From: Porphyridium purpureum
Taxonomy: Eukaryota
DNA length: 64,000 nucleotides
Reading direction: 5' to 3'
NCBI GenBank assembly: GCA_008690995.1
Contig: VRMN01000010.1
Coordinates: 682,001 to 746,000, forward strand
The translations under genes were made by a program, and so were the position numbers. Positions within the stretch are counted from its first letter, which is position 1; the number at the start of each line of letters is the position of its first letter. The notes beneath the pieces were generated by a model. The model was not told the origin of the DNA. It was given only the letters and a program-made list of their open reading frames with translations, and made no database searches. This document shows positions 37,768 through 47,702 of this stretch, in pieces.

Positions 37768-40700
37768 TTAAATCGGCAAATGCACCAGAAACTCACAACA
37801 AGATGACTTGAAGTCAAGGTCGAAATCGGCGCTTGACGAACCTCCTGTGACCGATGCACGCACATTGCCCAAATGAATGTCCAGCATCGAGCTGTCAAGA
37901 AATATGGAATCCTCTAATACAAGTCGGAGTGACATTGTGTACGACATAAAGTACTGGGTATTTGCTTGCAACCACAGCTGGTTTCCATCTTGTCGTCCCA
38001 TGATGTACGTGTGTGGACCAATGCAGCCGTGTAATGCTGCTCGACCACTCGCCAGTGTGAGTTCAAATTTCTGCGATACATTCGCATTTTCCTCGGTGGT
38101 CATGACGAAGAAGCGAGGCCCCAAGGTCAGAACCAAAGCAGTGGTATCCTCGGAATAGCGCCTGACATAACGCGTCGTGAGCTCTCTGTGCAACGAACGA
38201 GGTGCATCTGGATCCTCGAGCGACACTCGTGCAATGGCCTCTGGAATACAATCCAGAGTACCGCAATTGCGTCCGACGGTTGCGATCGGGAAAAATTGTC
38301 CGTTTCGTGGGAAGAGCTCGCAATGCGCTTTGCCGGATGGCGAAAATCCCAGCTCGTCGCAAAAGAGAGCAGAATACTGTTCGCCCCACTGCCCAGCATG
38401 CCGGAAGTGTGGTGCGTCGACGACCAAAACATGACTCTCCTGTAGAATCTCTTCCTTTGACGGGATCATCTGGCGATCAAGCAGCGCATTAAAGAAAGGC
38501 TCTAGAAAGCGCTTGAACGCCGGCAACAAAAAGCAATCGTCCGAGTAGAGCGCTGGTCCCGGCACAGTTTCCGTATCCTTATAAGAGTCACGTAGATTTC
38601 CCTTTGCACAAATCTGGCCATCATAACACAAAAGCGTGCACCCCTGGGCGACTCCGAGTAGAAAAACCTGAATCCAAAAGATGGGCGGCATGTGCGAGCA
38701 GCTTCCCTTCCGCAAGCCAAAATTCGGTTCACCCAGGCCTTTGAAGCCAGCATGCTCCCAATACCACGGTTCGTTCCACATGAGGATCTGCGAACATCGA
38801 CCAGAAAGCCACAGGCCCATCACCGCGGACATGCTTGTCGGTCCCAAATTCGAAATATTTGTTTTGTGGCCGAGCACAATATAATCTGCGTGAGTCTGCA
38901 GCAGTCGCTGAAATTCCTCTGGTGATTCCCACCCAAAGAGTGTCCACTTGTGCCATATGTCCTGCCCGTCAGCCATCACGTATCTTCGTCCATACTTCCC
39001 GCACAACTTAATTGCACGAAAACAACGCGCAGCCGCTTCTGACCACACCGTTGGTTGCTTTGGCGTTCCAAAATGAAACCCGTACATTAGCTCTCCTGTG
39101 CTGAAACCTAGAACAAATGGACTCGTCTGAAACGCCCATTCCATCCTAGCAAGCGATGCAGTCGTCATTTTAAAGAATACCGGTATGGACCGGCGCGCGG
39201 ACAACTGGACAATCATGCCGAATGTCGTACGGTCAACGTCACCGATGCGGAAAGCCACGCGGCTGCGAAGCCGTTCTGGGAATGCATCAAAGAGCTTCTC
39301 TAATGCCGAAAAGTTCCTGAGTACCTCCCAGCTGAGCATGGGTGCGTCAGGACCTATACGAATGCTCAGCGGCTGAAAGGCGTGGTCATTGTTCACGTCA
39401 AATCGGCCGAGCGAAGACCACTGGCTCTCAAAACCTTCAAGCGGTTCCTCGATGCGAGCCCGCCAGACGTAGCTGCCGGGTACAAGAAGCCAATTCTCCG
39501 GGAAAAAGCTGTGATAACTGTTTGCACGACATGATCTGCGGTTGGCAAGCTGATAAACTACGTCTTCAGGAGTGAATGTGAGACTTGAATCCTTGAATAC
39601 TTGCACGCGAATCACGAAATGACCGACTGCCGTCTGATTCTGGATTTCATAGCTCACGGCGACGTCGGTTACATTCGCGTCATTTACGGGGGTCACCAAG
39701 CGCGGCGCATCGAGCTTCGGAGGGCCGACGACGAGCTGATGAATCGTCGCCAGCTCGCACTCGGACTCTAAACTTGCGCTTGCGTCTGCGCGAAAAGTCA
39801 ATGCGAAAGCATGATTTGCGTGAACCTGCCTCATTTCTTTAGTTCCGTTCTTTTTCGGAAACGGCTTGCGCGTATCGCCTCCTGCATACCATCCTGTTTT
39901 TGTTGATAAACAGATCTCAATCACATCATCGCTAGTGCTGTCATTGCCGCTGAACTCCGCCAGACATATCCTCGAGCCGGGATCTGATCCTATCTTTGAA
40001 ATGAAAAGCCCAGCACTCACCCCGGGAGCTTTGGAGAAGTTCAATCTCAGCTCGGGGCTCCTCTGAAAGTTGCAGCTTAGCGGCACGTGCAAAGAGGCAC
40101 CGCTCCTTCCATAAATACTCAACTCGTCGTCGATTCGCACTATCCGAGCGTCGTCGTTACAGGGCAACATTAAGCAATGCGCATTTGTAATCGATCGAGT
40201 CCATATTGCTTGCAAGACCTGTGCCTGGTTGATCCAGGCTGCTTGAGGGCTGGGAAAGGTCCATAACAGCGGGGCCGCGGATAGAGGAAGTGCTGGTCGT
40301 CTCAATGATGTCAAGAAGGCGTGCTGATGAGTGTGAAAAGCGTCCACGCCTGCGGAATAGCATGCAACCCAAAATCCGAATATGCTGGATTCCCCACCGG
40401 TACGGATGACAGTGGGTAAAGATCCCGACATCAGATCTACGAGCGACATGCGAAGCGCGTTGTTAATCAGATGCCATCTTTCCATCTCAGTCGTGTAGAA
40501 GTTTCTGTGCTGTGGGCCGCAATGAAAGCGTAATGAGCATACGCCGAGCGCTGGGCATTTGTACTCGTCCTCTCCGTGGAGCAGCATTTGGCCGCGCCCC
40601 TCTGAGTATTTGATCGGAACCTTGTCCTTCACTAGCGCACAACGGGTGCCGTTGGGCCTCTCAACATCAAGCACCCAGTGCTGCTTAGTCTTGCCAAAAA

Positions 40701-41217
40701 GCCGTCGCTCTGGTCTGACAAAGCCGTATGCTGTCAAGGCGAACACGCTTGTTGGAGCGCGCGAGGGCGCTTCGTTTCGGACGCAAATCTTATACTGGAG
40801 AGCGGTGCCGGCCATGGGAATCACGACATGCTCCTGAAGTACAATGTGCGCGAGGAACGGCGCAACGTTAGAGGGCGCCTCGCGCGTAATAATTACAGTT
40901 GTACCTTCCGTTTCGTGGCTTGTCTGAATGCCGCTCACACGCCATTGCTTTGTTTGAATCACTGCCGCAGACCCGCTTTTGCAACTTCCCTGAAAATCGG
41001 CGACTTCTTTTTGCATGGCGACGTGGATCTCGCCGCTAATATCTGACACATACCGCTTTCGCTGGTTTGGCTGAAGCGAGTTATCTTCCCAGTCGCCGGG
41101 CAAAAAGACGGCTTCAAGCCCACTATCGTTACCAAATTGCACCGCGAGAACACCATTATGGACAATAAACCCCCGACCATCTCGCGTGGACTCCTCCTGT
41201 ACAATTCGGTCGAGCAT
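37768..41217 (-). CDS. Multidomain glycoside hydrolase, GH98-like catalytic module
   Basis: C-terminal half has FSTGELMY, CGKYGRRYVMADG, YIVLGHKTN, VMGLWLSG...WYWE, preceded by an Fn3-like domain (PGSYVWRARI...WSS). First in-frame ATG is 41217, but the frame is open to beyond 41583, so the true start is uncertain. Confidence 0.68.
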   Translation of the reverse strand: MLDRIVQEESTRDGRGFIVHNGVLAVQFGNDSGLEAVFLPGDWEDNSLQPNQRKRYVSDISGEIHVAMQKEVADFQGSCKSGSAAVIQTKQWRVSGIQTSHETEGTTVIITREAPSNVAPFLAHIVLQEHVVIPMAGTALQYKICVRNEAPSRAPTSVFALTAYGFVRPERRLFGKTKQHWVLDVERPNGTRCALVKDKVPIKYSEGRGQMLLHGEDEYKCPALGVCSLRFHCGPQHRNFYTTEMERWHLINNALRMSLVDLMSGSLPTVIRTGGESSIFGFWVACYSAGVDAFHTHQHAFLTSLRRPALPLSAAPLLWTFPSPQAAWINQAQVLQAIWTRSITNAHCLMLPCNDDARIVRIDDELSIYGRSGASLHVPLSCNFQRSPELRLNFSKAPGVSAGLFISKIGSDPGSRICLAEFSGNDSTSDDVIEICLSTKTGWYAGGDTRKPFPKKNGTKEMRQVHANHAFALTFRADASASLESECELATIHQLVVGPPKLDAPRLVTPVNDANVTDVAVSYEIQNQTAVGHFVIRVQVFKDSSLTFTPEDVVYQLANRRSCRANSYHSFFPENWLLVPGSYVWRARIEEPLEGFESQWSSLGRFDVNNDHAFQPLSIRIGPDAPMLSWEVLRNFSALEKLFDAFPERLRSRVAFRIGDVDRTTFGMIVQLSARRSIPVFFKMTTASLARMEWAFQTSPFVLGFSTGELMYGFHFGTPKQPTVWSEAAARCFRAIKLCGKYGRRYVMADGQDIWHKWTLFGWESPEEFQRLLQTHADYIVLGHKTNISNLGPTSMSAVMGLWLSGRCSQILMWNEPWYWEHAGFKGLGEPNFGLRKGSCSHMPPIFWIQVFLLGVAQGCTLLCYDGQICAKGNLRDSYKDTETVPGPALYSDDCFLLPAFKRFLEPFFNALLDRQMIPSKEEILQESHVLVVDAPHFRHAGQWGEQYSALFCDELGFSPSGKAHCELFPRNGQFFPIATVGRNCGTLDCIPEAIARVSLEDPDAPRSLHRELTTRYVRRYSEDTTALVLTLGPRFFVMTTEENANVSQKFELTLASGRAALHGCIGPHTYIMGRQDGNQLWLQANTQYFMSYTMSLRLVLEDSIFLDSSMLDIHLGNVRASVTGGSSSADFDLDFKSSCCEFLVHLPI

Positions 41218-41670
41218 GGTTTCCGCGTGTGCTGCTCGGGAGATTCGAACGCAGTGCGAGCCCGCCGGAACACGAAGCGCGTACTGATGAGCATCTGGCA
41301 CATGCCTGATGAGCAGCTCTTCTCCCGAACCCTCGCAAACGGCGCTCAGCGCCGCGCGAGCTGATGTGTCCTTGTCCTTTCCTTTGCCTTTCGCGCTGCT
41401 CGAGGCGTGCAGCGCGGCGTCCAGAGCGTCCTGGCCGATGCCCAGCCACGTCCACCGCGGGCGCCGATCCCTGGCGGCACGTTGACGTCGAGTCGCGCCA
41501 CTGCCATTGCACCAACACGCACGCGAGGCAGCCGCGGCTCGCCCCCGCCGCGCGCGGCACGCACCAAACGCGCAGCTGCGCACGCGCCAGTCGCGCCTCC
41601 GACCCCGCTCGGTACAGTGCGCTGTACCTCCCCAACCGCCCGATTAGGGTTTCTGTGATGCGGCACGGAG

Positions 41671-41771
41671 GTACAGTGCGGATGCGGTGCGGGGTACAGT
41701 GCGGATGCGGTGCGGGGGTACAGTGCGGATGCGGTGCGGGTACAGTGCGGATGCGATGCGGGGGTACAGTG
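41671..41771. repeat. Minisatellite, about 4.3 copies of GTACAGTGCGGATGCGGTGCGG(G)0-2
   Basis: Units start at 41671, 41694, 41718, 41740 and 41764; lies in the divergent promoter between the GH98-like gene and the HAD-GPDH gene. Confidence 0.95.
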
Positions 41772-41900
41772 TTTGTGCGGTGCCGAGCGCGCAGCTCAAA
41801 TGTCAGTTGGGAGTCCGGTGAGCGCGTGCGCAGCGTGTGTGCAGCCTCAGGGCTGAGGCGCGGGGAAGGGACGCGCGTGCAGCAGTGGCAGAAAGGCGGG

Positions 41901-43790
41901 ATGGAGGGCATGGTGCGGCGCGACGCGTCGCCGGAGGTGCTGCAGCTATGGCGCAACGCAGAGTGCGTCGCCTTCGACATCGATTGCACCATCACGATCA
42001 ACGATAGCCTCGACGCGCTGGGCGAGTTTCTGGGCGTCGGCGAGCAGATCCAGAAGATCACAAACGCCGCAATGGATGGCCACCTGGATCTCGAGACCGC
42101 GCTGCAGCAGAGGCTCGACGCCATGAACCTGACGACTCAGAAGATCCAGGCTTTCGTTAACTCTCATCCCGTCGAAAAGCGCCTCGTGCCGAACATTCGC
42201 ACGCTGATTGAGGAGCTCCAGGCGCGCAATGTCGAGGTGTTTCTCATTTCCGGCGGATTTCGTGAGCTCATTTTGCCAGTCGCAAAGGCGCTGGGCGTCC
42301 CAAAGTCCAACATATTTGCGAACCGCTTCGTGTACATGGCCGACGACAACGCCGAGGAGGATCAGGTCAGCAGCCAAAGTTTGCGCGTCACGACGTTTGA
42401 CCCAAAGGAGCCGACGTCTCGTGGTGGTGGCAAGCCCGAGGCCATTCGCCGCATACGAGAGAAACGCCCGTATAATACCATCGTTATGGTTGGGGATGGC
42501 ATCACCGACCTCGAAGCTGGGCAGGAAACCGGTGGTGCAGATCTTTTTATTGGGTATGGAGGCGTGGTTCAGCGCGAAGCAGTCATGAAGGAAGCGGATT
42601 GGTTTGTCGATGATCATGCCGTACTTGCGGAAGCTCTTCCTCGTCTCAAGGTTGCCATGATCGGCAGCGGGGCATGGGCGTGTGCAAGCATGCGCATGGT
42701 GGCTGAAAATGCACGGAGCAGGCGCATTTTCTATCCAAAGGTGAAGATGTGGGTGTTTGAAGAAGAGCACAATGGTGAAAAGCTGACAGAGCTTATCAAC
42801 CGGACTCACGAGAATCCGAAATACCTCCCGGGCTGTCATTTTGGGGACAATGTCGAGGCTTGCTCGGATATCGTGTCTGTAGTACAGGACGCAGATATCC
42901 TTATTTTTTGCACGCCACATCAATTCGTGCACCGGCTGTGCCTGCAAATTAAGAGCCATGTCAAACCGGGCTGCTTTGCTATTTCGCTCATCAAGGGAAT
43001 GAGAGTGCGGACTGACGGTCCGCAATTGATTTCGACCATGATTCAGCGCACACTGATGGTCGACTGCTCAGTGCTGATGGGAGCAAATATTGCCAATCAA
43101 ATTGGACCGGGATCTTTGTGTGAAGCTACCATTGCGTCGAAGAATGTTGAGCACGCGCGTTTGCTCAAATTGCTCTTCCACACGGAGTATTTCTACATTG
43201 ACATCATTTCAGACGTTGAAGGTGCCGAAATGAGTGGCACGCTGAAGAATGTAGTAGCTTTGGCGGCCGGCTTTGCTGACGGCTCTGGGTATCTCGATAA
43301 CTGCAAGGCCGTCATTCTCAGGGAGGGACTGAAAGAAATGCGCGAGCTGTCAATTCGCCTGTATCCGTCTGTACGGGAATCCACCTTCTTCGAAGCTTGT
43401 GGAGTCGCCGACTTGATTGCCACGTGCTCCGGAGGCCGAAATCACAAGGTCGCGATGGAATTCGCAAAGCGTGGAGGCTCTGATTCGTTCGATACATTGG
43501 AAGCCGAGCTGTTGCACGGTCAGAAACTGCAAGGGACGCTGACGAGCCACGAGGTGCAGTCGTGCTTAAAGATCAAAGGCTGGGAGGCTGACTTTCCGCT
43601 CCTGAAGGTCGTGGACTTGATTGTCAACGGCGTGTACGAACCGGCAGACATCGCGCGATTCCGTGATTTGAACTTGTTCCCCATTGTCAAGTCGCCGACT
43701 GCCGAGGCGTTGGCGGCCTCCGAGGATGCCGCGATGCTGGACTCAATCCAGCGCCGCGTCAGCATTCTGGAGGTCCGCGGGCTTGTCTGA
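41901..43790 (+). CDS. GPD: Bidomain HAD phosphatase (PSP-like) / NAD-dependent glycerol-3-phosphate dehydrogenase
   Basis: HAD motifs FDIDCT, ISGGF, GGKPE, VGDGITD fused to GPDH motifs IGSGAWA, HENPKYLPG, ISLIKG, LMGANIA, GTLKNVVA, GVADLIATC.GGRN, QKLQG. Confidence 0.95.
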   Translation: MEGMVRRDASPEVLQLWRNAECVAFDIDCTITINDSLDALGEFLGVGEQIQKITNAAMDGHLDLETALQQRLDAMNLTTQKIQAFVNSHPVEKRLVPNIRTLIEELQARNVEVFLISGGFRELILPVAKALGVPKSNIFANRFVYMADDNAEEDQVSSQSLRVTTFDPKEPTSRGGGKPEAIRRIREKRPYNTIVMVGDGITDLEAGQETGGADLFIGYGGVVQREAVMKEADWFVDDHAVLAEALPRLKVAMIGSGAWACASMRMVAENARSRRIFYPKVKMWVFEEEHNGEKLTELINRTHENPKYLPGCHFGDNVEACSDIVSVVQDADILIFCTPHQFVHRLCLQIKSHVKPGCFAISLIKGMRVRTDGPQLISTMIQRTLMVDCSVLMGANIANQIGPGSLCEATIASKNVEHARLLKLLFHTEYFYIDIISDVEGAEMSGTLKNVVALAAGFADGSGYLDNCKAVILREGLKEMRELSIRLYPSVRESTFFEACGVADLIATCSGGRNHKVAMEFAKRGGSDSFDTLEAELLHGQKLQGTLTSHEVQSCLKIKGWEADFPLLKVVDLIVNGVYEPADIARFRDLNLFPIVKSPTAEALAASEDAAMLDSIQRRVSILEVRGLV

Positions 43791-44019
43791 AAGCGCGGGA
43801 GCTGCGCCTGTCCACGCGTCGGACGCCTCCTGCGCTGCACGCGTCCTTCAATTCCGCAGTAAACCAGTCAGAATGCCCCCCTTCCGAAAACGGGGGTACA
43901 GCTTTGGGGACATAGTGTACAGTTATTGGCCTTGCGAGAGATCGCGCTCGGCTCGCTGCGTGGCGGCCGCCGTGGGAAGCGGGAGCACAGGCACGCCCCA
44001 TTTGCGTTCAAAGAGCATC

Positions 44020-44839
44020 ATGCACGCGTTCGTTTGTGGAAGCAGTTATGGCACGCCCGCGCGCACATCTCGCGCGGCCAAGCCTCCGCTCATGTGCGCC
44101 TCGCAGCCCCCGGGGAAGCAGTCGCGGTCGCGTGGCGAGGACGCGCACCGGCGGAAGGCCGCAAGCCATCATCCGGCAAGCGCGCACTGCGAAACGCGCT
44201 CAAGGCTGCGCTCGCGCTGGCCGCCGTCATGATTACACCCTTGGTGCCGGCGCATCCACGGCGTCGTCAGCGGCGGCCGCCGCCAGGGCGGCTCGCGCCC
44301 TCGAGCGTCGCCAGGGCCAAGTTGCGTTTAGCGTTCCCATCGAGCAGCTCGGCATCAACAAAGAAGAATTCATCGGCGAGCGCTTCATCAAGTCCAAGAA
44401 ACTGCTAAAGTATTCAGAAGCAGAGGAAGAGATTCTTCACCTCGAGGACATGGAGATGGACTCAACCTGGATGAGGTCCGCTCGACTGACAGGCCTTGCA
44501 GTGTTCGTGGCCGGCGGCATGACGGTGATGGGTGGAACGGGCAAGATTTGGGATACCTTTGCCGCTTCTCAAGAGGAAAAAGAGCGTGAAGAAGAATTGC
44601 GCATCACGGGTCGCTTCATTGACACCACAGCCAATCGTATGGACGAAGACGAGAAGCTCAAAAAGAAGGCTGAACAGCGAAAGCGACTTGAAGAGCAGTT
44701 TTCCTCCATTGAAAGTGATGACGCTGGGGAGTCCCCGAAAGAGAAAAAAAGTGGTCCCTCTGAGCCTCCTGGTGCTTCCCCTAGCGGTGGCGTGGATTTC
44801 AGCGCTCTTGATCGCTTACTCGGCGATGACGACGAGTAG
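44020..44839 (+). CDS. Hypothetical membrane protein, probably plastid-targeted; 5' end split over three frames
   Basis: Main ORF 44036-44839 has one TM helix and a charged tail. The transit-like MHAFVCG start at 44020 and the hydrophobic ALKAALALAAVMITPLVPA segment lie in other frames. Confidence 0.65.
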
Positions 44840-45039
44840 ATTAGAAAGCTTTCGCGTTTAAGTAGTTCTGGGTGCCCAAGCCCTCGAAGAAAAGATACGT
44901 GGCCAAAAAATGTGCGATTTCGCAATCGTACGCTTCTACTCCGCCGGATCGTGTGCGGCTGATCATCTCAAGCACATGATGTAGGCGGTGCTCTTACAGG
45001 GTAAGGTCTTCCTTCGTCCATCTATAATTAAAGCAGTTA

Positions 45040-46206
45040 TCAAAAATTAATGCGGTTCAGAAGCGGGATCCGATCCTCCGCCTCGTCATCCACAATTTCG
45101 TGTTCAGTAACATTCAAATCAGGGTCGCCATCATCGCTCGAAATCCCTGAGGTCATCTTGCTGAATGATCGAAGCCAACTCTTCTGCAGCATGCCCTTCA
45201 TATTCATTCTCAAGGAATTCGTCGACTTCACAGAACTCTTTCTTGACATATGCCCCGTCGATGCGGTCACCACACGCTCGCCATACGGCCGGTCCGTTCG
45301 GTCAGTCTTATTGCGTGAGAATGAGTGTTCTCGGGAACGCGACCGACTCAAGCTCTTTTTTCTCTGACCCACGGCGTACTGGTCGTAGTCCGTATCACAT
45401 ACTCCCGCATCTCCCCACACTAAACGAGAAGACGAAATCTCTGCCTTGCCCAAGCGTGTGTTGGCATCGAGTTCGACGGCTTGTATTTCTTCGTCTCTGC
45501 AAGGCCGCGCTTCACCACCGTCCAAGCTCTCGAACAAAACTCGATCACAGCTTTCATGACGATTGCGGAGGTTTCCAGACCCGAAATCTCGTGAAAGATA
45601 ACTCCTACGTGGTCCTTCTCCATCGCTACGCTCCTCCGTCTCGTCGGACTTTGCAACCCAAGTCGGAGCACATGCGTCGAAGAGCCGTTCCTCTGACGGA
45701 GACACAGGCATAATCACCAAGGATCGACTTTCTCTCTTTTCACTGACGACCGCCTGAATTTCGGGTTCCGACACGAGCGGGTTCTTTCTCATCTTCTCCA
45801 CCGTCGCCACTCTATGTCCCGGTCGCACAACTTGATCACGGGGCACGCTCAAGGTCTGTCGTTTTGAGATCTGCAACATGTCTGTGATGCTTGTCCGCCT
45901 CTCCGGTGCAACATGAAAGGTCAAATTCTTCAGCTTTCCAGTTTCATAGCTTATGTCGCGGTCAGAGTACTGTGCGCGACCCGTCGAAAGACTCTGGCTT
46001 TTGGGGCGTGCAAAGTCTGGCGGCTGCTGTTGGCGCTGCGTTTCGTTCACAATGCCGACAAGGGATTCCGCTGGCGGCCTAGAGTCGGCACGTTCCTTCG
46101 ACAGTGCATTTGCACGTTTGCTCCGTTCCTTCTCGGTTCCCGACGTCTGCGTGCTTTTCTTCGATGGCCCAAAACGAACGAATGGCTTTGTTGGTTTGCG
46201 CTCCAT
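45040..46206 (-). CDS. Hypothetical Ser/Arg-rich disordered protein
   Basis: 388-aa ATG-initiated ORF; no recognised domain. Confidence 0.6.
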   Translation of the reverse strand: MERKPTKPFVRFGPSKKSTQTSGTEKERSKRANALSKERADSRPPAESLVGIVNETQRQQQPPDFARPKSQSLSTGRAQYSDRDISYETGKLKNLTFHVAPERRTSITDMLQISKRQTLSVPRDQVVRPGHRVATVEKMRKNPLVSEPEIQAVVSEKRESRSLVIMPVSPSEERLFDACAPTWVAKSDETEERSDGEGPRRSYLSRDFGSGNLRNRHESCDRVLFESLDGGEARPCRDEEIQAVELDANTRLGKAEISSSRLVWGDAGVCDTDYDQYAVGQRKKSLSRSRSREHSFSRNKTDRTDRPYGERVVTASTGHMSRKSSVKSTNSLRMNMKGMLQKSWLRSFSKMTSGISSDDGDPDLNVTEHEIVDDEAEDRIPLLNRINF

Positions 46207-47702
46207 TTCAAAGTCAATTTCTTACGAGAAGGCGGTGTGACACGTTCTGTTATGTTGCTATCGTTGATGAGCCCCACGCTGCCTGCCTGTGCGATTTCCC
46301 GCAACCTGAGCAGCTACCGAGTCCCAAGGACAAGGCGCGCGTTCCTCTTTGGCCGCAAAATTGGGTAAGATATAGCGCTGCTGCTGACCACGGTGTAAAA
46401 AGACAGTCAATCTTCCACCTGACCTTTGGCGCGTTCACCACAACGCGCTGGAATCTCTGCTCTGATATCCACCACGGAAAGCAAAGACCGGTCCAACGGT
46501 GGGTTGAGACTTTCGACAAAATGTTCAACAGTTGGTCACGGCCGTCACTTGCATTGAGCGTGTCTCCGCGCGCTGCGCCGAGGGACGCTGAGCCCTTCCC
46601 TTTTGGAATGGATATTTGAATCGCTGGGAAATCTCCGTGCACCTTGGCTGCAGGACACGACCGGACACACAACCCGGCCCGTCGAAAATCTGAGCCACGC
46701 GCCTGCAATGTCTTGGAGGTTGAACGTTGTCCCGTCACGCGAGCTCCTACTTCTCGAAGGCTGCGACACCCGGCCTCAGGCACGTGGGTAACCTCACGTA
46801 CCCGCCGGCTTCTTGTTGTGCCAGGGCGCCTAGGAGCAGAGTGAAGGTCGACCAACTGTGACCGCCCCCCTTTGTAGGAGCCCGAACCTCATTGACCGCA
46901 CAGAGGCCCGACCTCATCGCACTTGGCGGACAATTCGTGTGTGATCAAATGAGTTCAACGTTCGAATAGTGCCACCCACCCGATGCGCAGGTGATGCGCA
47001 CTCCTCAGCAACGCAGCCGCACAGCCGTGCATGCCGGACGCGCAACTACGCGCCGTGCGAAAGCCCCAACACGCTCTGCGTGCGGTGCGCGCGTGCCTAC
47101 GCACACGGCACGTGGCCAGAGCGTAACGAGCATGTGGTTCGCGCGCGCCCACTCCCGACCGTTGCAAGTCGCGCCCGGGGCGCGTGCGCCCCGACGCCCG
47201 GTGCGCGCGTGCATTTTGAAACGGTCACGCCTGCCCGCGATGCGCGCGCGGCGCCCGCCACGCAGCAGCCGACAAACATTTCACGGATTTTCAAATATTT
47301 GAAACTGACGCTTTACACCGCGCGTGGGCACCCGATGCGGCGGGCGTTCGTGTGCGCCCGTGGCTGCTGCTGCTGCCGCCGCGACGTCGTGCTGGCTCCA
47401 TCCTCTGGTGTCCCGGCACAAAAATGCTGCGACGATCAGAGCGACACTGACACGCGCGGCATGTAAGCGGTGGACGCAGTGCCCCTCATCCACACACTGT
47501 TCGCATGGAACAAACCCGCGCCGCAGCTCTGCAACGGATCCGCATTCATCACGAAGGCTATGTTTTAGTTCTTCTTGCGGGGTTCGCGAGGCGGGCAGAC
47601 GTAGCGCTCACTCAGGCATACACAGGTTTATTTTTCTCTCCGGCAAATGGCATGGAACGACACCGCCTCCCCGAGCAGGCGCTCTTCATTTCCAAAGAAA
47701 TA

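Noticed and set aside
41671..41771. Possible CRISPR-like array
   Set aside because: The units are contiguous with no unique spacers and there are no cas genes; it is a minisatellite.
41364..41900. Cys/Gly-rich N-terminal extension of GPDH
   Set aside because: It translates the promoter minisatellite and overlaps the divergent gene; ATG 41901 is more plausible.
41946..43025. Long antisense ORFs (also 27716-28498, 31127-32053, 58904-59575)
   Set aside because: Shadows of GC-rich sense genes.
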